Below, piece by piece: positions 40,246 to 50,143 of a stretch of 64,000 nt of DNA (positions within the stretch are counted from its first letter, which is position 1; every line of letters starts with the position of its first letter). The DNA lies in NCBI GenBank assembly GCA_973895155.1, contig OZ316893.1, positions 13,408,359 through 13,472,358 of the forward strand, in the 5' to 3' direction. Source of the DNA: Marsupella aquatica. Lineage: Eukaryota > Plantae > Marchantiophyta. The notes beneath the pieces were generated by a model. That model saw only the letters and a list, made by a program, of their open reading frames with translations. It searched no databases and was not told the origin of the DNA. A program made the position numbers and the translations under genes.

Positions 40246-40589
40246 TGTTGAGCAAAGATGACATTTGTAACGGCAAGCCCATGAACCATCCAACGCACAA
40301 TAGTCGACACAGAGAGATACGTGGTTCACCTCCACATGAGGCTACGTCCACGGGAACACACAAGAGCTTTACTGCACTCTAGGCTGACCGGCCATACCAA
40401 GCATCCACAGCACAAGCTCTCCCTATCTCTCAACTAGCTCCGTAACAATGAGCCTAAGTTCCACCAGGGTCTGGCATCAGCCCTGGCTATATGCACAACA
40501 GCACTAGCGCTAACATTAGCTAAGTCCTAACCCGAGTTAGACTAACTGTGGTTAGCTCATGAGTCACAAGACTAGAGCAATATCTAACA
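40246..40589 (-). repeat. copia 5' LTR
   Basis: Direct repeat of 33759-34102 with TG...CA termini. Confidence 0.95.
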
Positions 40590-40849
40590 GAGTGAGGGAA
40601 AGAGAATCAAGATTATGTCAGCATGTCACTGGTAATTAATCTGAGCCTCCTTGCTGCACTTCAAGACCCACAAATGTTTTTAAGTGTATCGAAAGAGTCT
40701 GTTCTTTTCTTGAAGCAACTTGTGAAATGTTCGTTCTGTACTTTACGTCTCATTATGATGAGAATTCTCAATCCCGTTACCATCAGAAGCGTTTTATGAT
40801 GCACTTTCCAACGAGCCCAACATCGCCCACTTTTGTTTAGGATCAATGC

Positions 40850-41440
40850 ATGGAGAAATTTCCAAAGTCAGCTGTCTTCTCTGTGTATGCACATTTTTGG
40901 CAATTTTTGACAGAGATCAAGTATCTACCAGCAAATTCAACTTACCTTTGCCAACCCTATGATTCATTTGTTATTTCAAAGATTAAGGATGTCTGGACAA
41001 AGAGGTGGGAAGAGAAGAAGGCAGAGATGTTGCTTGCTGGACAGTGGATGGGGACTGGGACACGAGGCACATCTGGGAAATTGATAAATCCAGGCAAGCA
41101 GTGGTTTTTGACATTGGCAAGGGACTCTGTAGCTGAGGTGAACAATTCTGTTGATAGACATGGCATGTCTTATGCACAAAAATCAATGATAAGGACCGGT
41201 TTGTCTCTAAATGTCACTGGTGTATGGTCTGAAGATCAACTTACACCTGAGCTTCAAAATATCATAGCAAAGTATTGAGTGAATTTTGAAGGGAGTCGAG
41301 TGGGCCTTGATATTGATGCTACTGTTGAAGTGGCTCCTGAAGTTAGTGAACCAGGTGAAGAGCCAGCTCAACCCACTTCTCTTGGGGCTCTACGCCGTCT
41401 TGCAAGGATGAGACACAGGGGACAGGTTGAAAGAGAGTGA
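40850..41440 (+). pseudogene. DDE_1 (pogo/Tigger-like) transposase C-terminal remnant
   Basis: IKYLPANSTYLCQPYDSFVISKIKDVW matches the LP.N.T...QP.D...I..K motif carrying the third catalytic Asp; lies between the TIRs. Confidence 0.8.
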
Positions 41441-42444
41441 ACAGAATATCAGTTTGTAGCTTATGTGAGACAACATATGTTATTCATAATTGATAGAAGT
41501 GAATCAAACATATCTTGCTTGCTCAATGTGGTTGAGTACCTCAAACTATAATTGTGTGCTATGTGAAAAGAGTTATAAATGTCTGAAGTTTGCTCAATGT
41601 TCAGTAGTATATGGAAAGAGTTTTAAGTTTCTGAAGTTTGCTCAGTAGTAAATTTTGTAAAGTGTAATCAAATATTGTGCACATTTTTCATTTTTTTATA
41701 AGCAAATTTTGACTATAGTCTATTCTATTTTTTTTAACTTAAGTGTACATGTGACACTATTTGACTTGTGACCACAATTAGTGTCATACCATATTAGAGT
41801 CACACACCCTAATTACCGTCACGTACCTCAAATATAACCTCACAGTAATTAGAGTGTGTGAGACTAAATATTGTAAAGAGTGTAGCTGAAGATCAGCATT
41901 TCAGGGCCTACTTTGCCAGTGTTTCACTGATACTTCTGTTTGTAGCATGTTTCAACAGAAAACATCATTTTCCTGGCATTTAACTGAAAATCAGCATTTC
42001 AGACTGTAAAGTCCGGCATTGCATTGTCTCCTGTTTTCCAGCCCTTCATTTTTGGACTCTCACACTTTTGCTCTGGGCATAGAAAGTTATTTTATAGCTT
42101 ATTTTTGGCACAAACATAATTATCACTATGGTATAGAATCACCAGAAAGTCCTCCATAAGTTTCAAGGGCAGAGTAGAGTAGGGTTCTTTCTGTTTTGCT
42201 CTGTGAGTTTAGTTACCATGGTGACTGATCTGACCTATGTGAATCCAGCCCTGGTTAGCTCCAGAACTCAGTAGGTATTGTTTCACCTTGTATCCAGCAC
42301 TGGTAGTATCCTCGTTTTTTATTCTCCTAATAAAAATATTCATTCATGGCCCATAGACATCCAATGGACCCATGGTACAGAGGCTTCATTTTGGAATTGT
42401 TTTGGTTATTTCATACCTTTCTACTTGTGAAGGAGTCCTCACAC

Positions 42445-43270
42445 TATCTATCTATAAATATGTAAAACAGTGCCAAAGCACAAAAGGCATCATACTGGGA
42501 GATAAACTCCCAATGGCCAAAAACCCAATAAAATTGAAAACAATGGAAATACCTAGGAAGACCAAAGAGCCAAAAAGTCCATGGGTCCTAAACAACTACA
42601 AAAGAACTAAAACTCTACTCAGAGTTGAATTGAAAAGCCTGGTAGAGCTCCAGAGTTAACAACATAGAAAGGTTGCAACAAGCAGTTTGATCAGAAGCCC
42701 TTGTGAGCGGGGCTAACAAGGTCTTGCAACCCCAACCTGAACACATCCAAACCTTCTAATCCTGCCCCAGCCCTACTGTTATCCTTGGGTTTTGCAAGCT
42801 AGTCGAAGGTTGATTCATCAGCCTCCACATCCTTCTCTTTTAGCAGGTTGTCTTTCTCATCACCAGCTACACCTGATCCATCAGAGCCAGAGTCCCAATC
42901 AAAGTTGGGTAGATGGATTTTCTCCTCCTTTCTTGGGCTCTCCTTAGCTCTTCTTAGGGTCCTTGGCACCTCCATAGTCAAAGTCTGCATTCCGTGGTTG
43001 GATAAATGACAATAACTTTTAATTCTGCTGTCTCATCATCGATGATTGCCAGATCATTCACATCAATCGTAAGGGGGGCTTTACAAGACCACGAGGACCA
43101 TTCCGTCTCTTACCAACCAAAGCACATCATGGGCCAGTTGCACACCCTAAAGCTAAAATGCCTGAGCCAAAGTGTGTTAGGTCCTAAGAAACTGATTACA
43201 AAATCCTGAATACAAATGGCCACTTTGTCCATTCTTCTAGACCACCTCAAGAGGAGGTACAAAAAAAGGG
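42445..43270 (-). mobile_element. Possible old LINE 3'-end fragment
   Basis: T-rich (minus sense) 3' UTR-like tract ending in a TAGA/TATA simple tail, preceded by a broken W-rich reading frame. Weak evidence. Confidence 0.3.
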
Positions 43271-43521
43271 GCCCCACATGGGTCCACTAGCAGCTGACTC
43301 GGAGTGGCAAATGTTGTGCCCTCAAGTTCAAGTTGTGCCCCCAAGTTCATGTTAAGTCGAGACTAATTTGTTTCCACTTTTGAATGGCTAGCATTGCAGT
43401 CCCCAAGTTCATGTTAAGTCAAGTCTAGCCTCTTTCACATTTTAATGGGGGCCAGCATTGCATCAGAGACATAGGGGTCAAATGTACCGTCCTTGCAGCA
43501 CCTTCTCTCATGAAAGCCACT

Positions 43522-43700
43522 CCTTAAACCTCTCCAACACTCTCCCCCACCAACTGAGTGGGACTTCTTAAACCTCTCCAACACTATACCCCACCAACTG
43601 AGTGGGGTCTTCTTAAACCTCTCCAACACTATCCCCCACCAACTGAGTGGGATCTTCTGAAACCTCTCCAACACTATCCCCCACCAACTGAGTGGGTCTT
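43522..43700. repeat. Minisatellite, 44-45 bp unit x4
   Basis: TTAAACCTCTCCAACACTATCCCCCACCAACTGAGTGGG..TTC repeated four times with few mismatches. Confidence 0.95.
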
Positions 43701-44347
43701 TTGCCCTTGGGATGTGTCTCCTGGTTGGGAGCTTCTTTTTCTTTGGCAGTTTGCTATATATTATATATATTTTATCACCCACCAACTAAGTCATTCTCCA
43801 CAAACAGCTACAGTACAATTGCTGTAGCTCACCTCAAACTCAGCTCTCATGCTATTGCTCCTCTAGATCTTTACTCCTGCCCATTTAACTTTCACGGGTT
43901 ATTTAATGATTCGTGAAGGTTTGTATATGCGTAGGTGAACAAGCTGTCTGACGAGCACTGCTCACCTCGTCAAATTAAGAAAGCCAATTGATTTCCCACA
44001 GGTTCTTACACACTTTCGAGAACGACATCCACTCCTTTAGTAGATGCCGTTCCTGTCTGCTACAGAAGGCCAAGAAGTCACAAGCTTTAACATACTTGTA
44101 CAACTGCTCTTTCCTCTTGGTCTAATTCAAAGCAGCAAGTTCCAAACACTAAACTGGATTCGGTCAGGGCATTGCATAGACAACTGCACAGTAGAAGGCA
44201 ACAAATTTCTGCCTTTATTAAGCACAAGCATTCGTGGATGCAATCCCCACCACATCTGTGCCTAAAAAAATCACCACGGAGGCTGTCATTCGCCCACATA
44301 GAGTCGTAATCCTTTCCCTGACCACTGACGGGGATATACTCTTCCTA

Positions 44348-44616
44348 CCCCCTCAATGCAGTTGGATGTCATTTGTTTCCCCAGTTCCTAAAAAGAATGT
44401 GCAATTCGCTGCAATGCCTATAACTAAATAAAAGTGGAGCTAGGAAGAATGAAGAGCTGTTACAATGGTCGCCTGCCATGCCCCCTCAATGCAATTAGAT
44501 GTCATTCGCTCCCCTGTGTCAAAAAGGATGTGTAATTCGATGCAATGCCTAGAACTATTTGGCCAAATAACAGTTCGAGCTACGAAGAATGAAGAGCTGT
44601 CACCAATGGTTGCCTG
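44348..44616. repeat. Diverged tandem duplication (about 130 bp x2)
   Basis: CCCCTCAATGCA..T.GATGTCATT...GAAGAATGAAGAGCTGT..CAATGGT.GCCTG present twice. Confidence 0.8.
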
Positions 44617-44851
44617 TGAACGAAAGCTGTTCTCAGTTCTTGCTTGCTTTCATTGGTGATCAGACTCCCCTGGCCATCACAAATCTTGTGTTCCACTGAT
44701 AAGGACTCGACTCACACATAGCTGTCAACTCGAAGAAGCCGATACGGGATTTCTGGTTGGACGAAACTACGTCACGGTATCATTGGATTATGAAACCTTG
44801 TCCTTAATCTCCACAAAGCGTTTGCTTGGAGTGTCTTACAATAGAGCATTC

Positions 44852-46816
44852 TCAATTTCTCCTTTCACAGTCGTCATCGGCATTCACTTTCATGATCTCT
44901 TCATTTTGGTCATGTCCACTTTCTCGGTGGGATGGGAGACTCCATTTTGAGCTGTGGAAAATTATCATCGAAGTAAACTTTTGATCCATCTTCACTGAGT
45001 CAAAAGGGATCAGACTTTTGTACCTGATCAAATGCTCCACTTACGCCAGACATTCGTCTTTCCAAATTGGAAAATTCTAGGTGGCTACTGATGAATTGCC
45101 CCACTTACGCCAGAAGTTCTCGTCTTGCGATGGAAAGGACTTAAGTGTGCCCCCACTTACACCAGACATTCCTCACTTGAAATCGACAAGGACTTACGTA
45201 ACTTCTTCCGCGAGTTCTTGTGTAGCCGCATCTTTGGTGTAAGCAAGTATGTTTGCAAAGGGGTCGCCAGCAACAGGGTCCGGTTCTTCACACTTCAATC
45301 GATTGATCATGTCCGTATAGTGAGCTTGGTCTTGTGGCCGGTGTGCCAGTGCTTCTTGCAACCGCCTGGGATTATTTCTCTCTTCCTTCTTGAATTTGGC
45401 CTTAACCTGTCTTCGGGTTCTCCCGGGGAAAAGGTTCTGAATGACTTCAAAATCTGTACCAAATTGCTTCAAAGCCAGGTAGAAGACGTCAGTGTCTTCT
45501 GCTTTCCATCTCTCCGTTGGTGTTTTATCCCTGTAAGAGTTGTAATTGAGTCGTGGTGCATTTTCTTCCACCCTTGTGTACGTCTCCGTGTCCAGCCTAC
45601 TGGTTGCATAAGCCCCAATTGTCAGACTCTGCTCATTGATCACGATCCGCCCGTTGACGACCTGCACTTGCGGAGCCATCGAAACAGCATCTCTCGCAGA
45701 AGTGTCTACACTGCTAACTTGTTTCTGCTTCCCGTCATTTTGTGCAGACTTTTTATTCCCATCCTCCTTCAACTTTTTCCGCTCGATGGCCTCTGCTCTC
45801 CTGATAATTTCTCGCATTGTCAGCTTGGCTGGGTTGGACAAATCCGTTTTAGAAAAGTCAATCTTCAGCGCAACTCCATCTTTCTCTGCCCGGTTCATTC
45901 GTGGTTGAGATGTAGAGTGCGAAAATTTCCGTTTCCTTCCTCCCTTGTTAGTGGGCACCGTTTCAGGGATGATGTCGGCCTCGTTTCCCACTGCTGCTAC
46001 TGCCTGAGCTTCTCCTTCTCTGTCCTCAATCGCGTCCCCAGAAGAAGGTTGAGAATCTTCTACGCCACGTCTCTTAGCACCGGCGCCACGGCCACGTCTA
46101 GAGGGCTTGGGACTCACAGCAACCTTCAGGGCCCTTGATTTGAACAACTCGGACTCTTCTCCGTTTTCAGAAACTGAAGGCTCGATTGTAGGCCCAGATG
46201 CAGGAACTTGCTTGGGTGAAGCTCTCTCTCGGAGGTCCACATCTTGATCACTAGACACACCTCCGGTCTCTGGCGGTGGCACTGGAAAATTTGACCTGAC
46301 AGCGATGGGAGGCTCTTCATCCTGAACCTTGAGAGCTTCATCAGTGGCTAAGCTTTCCAGTTCAGGACTAGGGACCTCTGAAGGTACTATCAGGACTTTG
46401 GGTACATTTTTTTGCGTCGAGGCGACATCCGCGTCCTTGGACGCAGGGGTCGAAACGCCTTCACGTGCAACAGACTCTTCGCCAGTGCCACTTTTGACAA
46501 CAACAGACACGGCATTCTCCAATGCTGAAGCCTTGCTAGGGTTAATAGAATCTGTTGCCACAATTTCCGCAGGAGCAGGAGCAGTGATCGAAGTGGGATC
46601 GTCAGAAGCGGTTAAGGTTCTTACCTGTGAAGCGGAGGCAGGAGTAGCAGCAGGGACAGGAGCAGGGGCAGGAGGCGGCTTAGCAGGAACAGAATTAGGC
46701 CCTCCACCTCCCTTCCTGACACGGGCCTTCACTTTGGGTTGAAAAACGGCGGCCCGAGGGACTGAGGTGGCATCTGTGGCTGCTTCAAGAGCATCAAGTG
46801 ACGAAATCATCGACAT
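44852..46816 (-). CDS. BDP1: TFIIIB subunit B double prime (BDP1)-like SANT/Myb protein
   Basis: 540-aa ORF 46816-45194 with N-terminal FQPKVK, then APQVQVVNGRIVINEQSL and ERWKAEDTDVFYLALKQFGTDFEVIQNLFPGRTRRQVKAKFKKEERNNP (Bdp1 SANT domain). A phase-compatible intron 45197-44952 could add exon 44951-44852; otherwise the CDS ends at 45194. Confidence 0.88.
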
Positions 46817-47059
46817 TGTTGCGTCCTGGCTGGCAGAATTTTGTCAGAGCCCTCGGCACACCGCGCAGGACGCATCATTCCGAAACCAAATCGCAGCACA
46901 CCGAGCGCAGAAGACATGACCGCAGGGCGTAATCCGAGCTTGCGAGCCGTTCACTTGATCCGAAGCTCGCTCGAAACAATTTTTGCAGGTGAGCCCCATG
47001 GTCAATCCACCACGATCATCACTTCACTCCAACTTCGATCGAATGAAAGTAACACTCCA

Positions 47060-47190
47060 TTCCATTCGACTTGATTGGAACGGACTATAATTAAATTTGG
47101 TTCAATGCAATTCAATTCGAGTCGATTCAATTCAATTCAATTCCACTCCAATCCACTCCAATCCATTCTCCTCCATCCATCCATCCCGTC
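47060..47190. repeat. (TTCAA)/(TCCA) simple repeats upstream of BDP1
   Basis: ATTCAATTCAATTCAATTCC and TCCATCCATCCATCC tracts. Confidence 0.6.
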
Positions 47191-47562
47191 TAACCACTTG
47201 CGGAAGAGGCGACCTCTCCGAAATTACGTGAACCGCTGCGGAAATGAATAGCAAGAACAAAAGCCTCCCGTTCGAAATCCACGCCAAGCTGCCGCTGCCC
47301 ATGCTCTTGCATCCTGCTACCCCAGATGGCATCGTTACGCCCACCAACAACCAAAAATCAAACACCAGATTGGCAGAAAGGGCTCAACTACTCTGTGCCC
47401 ACTGCAAACAATGAAGAATCCTTCCTTCCTTTCGGGCCCTCCCCTCGATGCTCCTGCCAATTCGAAATCGCGGTCTTGGTTTCAGGTTACCTTGCGTTTG
47501 CGTGTAACCTAATCTGGGTCTTGGTTTCAGGTTACCTTGCGTGTAACCTAATCTGAGTGTAC

Positions 47563-47811
47563 CAGCGTATTAAGTATTTCACTTTTTAGCCAGATTGGCG
47601 AATATAAAGTGACTCACGGAAAAGATGCTCAGAAGATTCTTTATTCAATTATTTTCATGAGGTCAGATCTCCCTAACTTTAAGTATGACCGTTAGATTTT
47701 GGCTAATGGGACCTGGGATTAGGTGTAACATTGGCTAATGAGACAGCAAAGTGGCCAAAAAATTTGGGGGAGGTGTAATCTAGGGAATTTTGGCCACTAA
47801 AAAAAACACTG
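47563..47811. mobile_element. hAT-type MITE (family copy 2)
   Basis: CAG...CACTG termini; perfect 8-bp TSD GAGTGTAC at 47555-47562 and 47812-47819; homologous to 10029-10303. Confidence 0.88.
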
Positions 47812-48036
47812 GAGTGTACCCTCTATTCCAAGAATATTCCCTCCTGACACATACATACATGAGGTTGGCCCTGTAACATAACAGTACCTATGGAACTCTA
47901 TAATACACCTACAGAATCTCGTAATTTACCTACTGAATTTAGTAATGTACATACCTAATTTAGGAAAGGCGGGATGGGAACAAACATTTCATACATTTTT
48001 AAAAATATTCTGTCCAGACAGCATATTCTGTCCATT

Positions 48037-48202
48037 CAGGTGGTGATGTGATTAGGCTTGAATTCATGTTTTCACTTTGGTGAATTTCTGGGCTTCATTT
48101 GCAGCAGGTGGTGATGTGACCAGGCTTGAATTCATATTTTCACTTTGGTGAATTTATGGGCTTCATTTGCAGACTCAAAACATTTATGGGCTTCATTTGC
48201 AA
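48037..48202. repeat. Tandem duplication, about 68-bp unit x2 plus partial
   Basis: CAGGTGGTGATGTGA..AGGCTTGAATTCAT.TTTTCACTTTGGTGAATTT.TGGGCTTCATTTGCAG twice. Confidence 0.85.
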
Positions 48203-48544
48203 GATGGAAACAAGAATCTATATTTGATTCCTTAAAAGAATTCCGCTTTTATTCATGGTCTCCATTCAATGGTTAACCTACTGTAGTAGTAAAAACATTC
48301 AATAGGTGGCTGAGTAGTAAAAACATTAGATGATTAACCAGATTGTAAACATATACTAGTCCACATGGTTACTGCTCTAGTCATTTGTAATAGTGCACCT
48401 ATCTCAATCTGCTACTGTCTGTTTTGGGTCCTAATGCTACATCTGAAATGAATATGTGTCTCGCTATCTAATCAGATAATATATGAGAACTTATGTACTA
48501 CACTATCTCACCAGTAATAACTATCTGGTGTACTACAATGCTTG

Positions 48545-49860
48545 TCACTGGCTTGCGTTCTCTTTTTCATCCTCCTCCCTTGCCTTCACAATTTTAATTG
48601 TGACTGAACAATTGTTGAATGAGTTTCCATAAATGTTGTTGCCCACAGACAATTGACCCTGTGCTAGACATGACATTCTTGCGTGAAGAGAGGGGTTCTG
48701 CTTGAGCATCTCGCCCACCCAACCAATTTTGTCGTAAGAAGTATCCCATCCACAAGCATCTGCCGTTTGCACTAACATATCCCCCAAAATGCATGTGTTG
48801 CTCCCTTCCTTAAAAATACCAAAGTGACGTCAACTCTTGCTACAAACACAATAGCCAACAGCACTGCAAAATCCAAAGAGCACCTTAATCAAACCCATTA
48901 GAAGTTGTTATTGTTGCTACAGCTGTTCCATTTGACCTTGTAGATCCCTCTCAACAATATAACTTATCATCAGCAAGAGCACCAATTGATCACACTCAAC
49001 AAACAATCAAGAGTTGTTCACTCATCTATACAAGTGTCATAAGCGAAGGCTGCACATTGGCCTTTTTGCTCACCCTATCAACAAGCGGTTTCAAACCCTT
49101 AGACGATCCAACAAGCTTGTCCTTCACGAAGTTTCTAGAAACATGTGCAAGCGCCTTCTCATAATCAAGGCTTGGACTAGAAGACACCAGCACCGCAGCC
49201 TCCATCTTCAATTCTTGGGTTCTATCATAACGGGAATAACCTCCAGTGGAGTGATGTCCACTAATCAACATACCAACCATGTCGGGGACCCCCTTTGCAG
49301 CTAGGCGAGAGATCAATGTCGTCCTTCCAATTTGGTTAGAAAACAGATCAGGTGGCAGCCCCACCAACAACAGCATATTCTTAAGCCACTAGCTAGGCAG
49401 TGGTTTCTTCCTACCTTGTGCACCTTGTTGTACCATACATTACTGACAGGATTTGAGATCGGCTGCATGAAAAGATTAGGCTTCGACGACTCTCCTTCTG
49501 GAGATAAGTGGCATTTATACTGGATGATAGTGAGCACAAAGTTGGCTTCATAAGTGTGATACATCTTACTGAACTGCTCTTCAAACCTGAAACAACCCCA
49601 GGAAAATTTCTGTGAATATAGACAGTCGACTACAGACATTTGCAAAGTTGAGTATCACAAATAAGACTAAAGCTTTCACTTACTGTACATAACTTCTTCC
49701 CGCCTTGTCAATGCACACAAACAAATCACTTCTATGCAAGTCTACCAGTTCACCTCCACAGATGCCAAGCCTAACTACGCAGTAAAATATCAAGCATTTT
49801 TGGCATCCATGACTACTTGTGACATGATGGTCAATGTTGCATGCCAATGTTTGGCTTATT
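48545..49860 (-). pseudogene. Crypton-like (DUF3504-type) tyrosine recombinase remnant with a spliceosomal intron
   Basis: Exon ending 49684 reads LIFYCVVRLGICGGELVDLHRSDLFVCIDKAGRSYV; intron 49683-49587 (GTAAGT...TTTCAG, phase 2) joins it to QFEEQFSKMY...LFMQP...WYNKVHKVGRN; after a frameshift near 49400, WLKNMLLLVGLPPDLFSNQIGRTTLISRLAAKGVPDMVGMLISGHHSTGGYSRY. This gives the R(mutated to C)-K-(H/Q)xxR-H-Y order of tyrosine recombinases. Confidence 0.75.
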
Positions 49861-50143
49861 TACATACACACCATGTAGGAAACAATTAATGTTGGTTTTG
49901 GGGACATGGACCCTGTCACAATAAGGATTCCTTTTTATGCAAAGGGGGTTGAAATTTATCCATAGGGTAATTTCCCAGGTAATTTTAATGATAAATATCT
50001 TATTGTAATGAACATTATACTTTAATATATTAATATACGTTTAAATGAAATAGAAAACAAATTGGAACAATGGTGTGCCTTGCCATATAGCAATGTCTGA
50101 AAGATTTTCCATATATAAGGGGGAAGTGTCCAAGATCTCCCCC

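Larger units (their letters stand above)
33759..40589 (-). mobile_element. Ty1/copia LTR retrotransposon, full length, pol inactivated
   Basis: Two 344-bp TG...CA LTRs; PBS for initiator tRNA-Met; PPT AAGGGGGAG next to the 3' LTR; 5-bp TSD TAGTG/GAGTG; gag-PR-INT-RT-RH order. Confidence 0.97.
33417..41881 (+). mobile_element. pogo-like Tc1/mariner DNA transposon (decayed), interrupted by a copia insertion
   Basis: 24-bp TIRs ACTCTTTACAGTATTTAGTCTCAC (33417-33440) and GTGAGACTAAATATTGTAAAGAGT (41858-41881) with 1 mismatch; TA dinucleotides at or near both ends; subterminal AATTAG(T/A)GTCAC repeats at both ends; internal DDE_1-type transposase remnant. Confidence 0.85.

Noticed and set aside
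43435-43827. ORFs with 15-aa repeats, superficially a repeat protein or CRISPR-like array
   Set aside because: Translation of a 45-bp minisatellite; there are no unique spacers and the context is eukaryotic.
45125-46138. 337-aa plus-strand ORF
   Set aside because: Antisense shadow of the BDP1 exon; no recognisable motifs.
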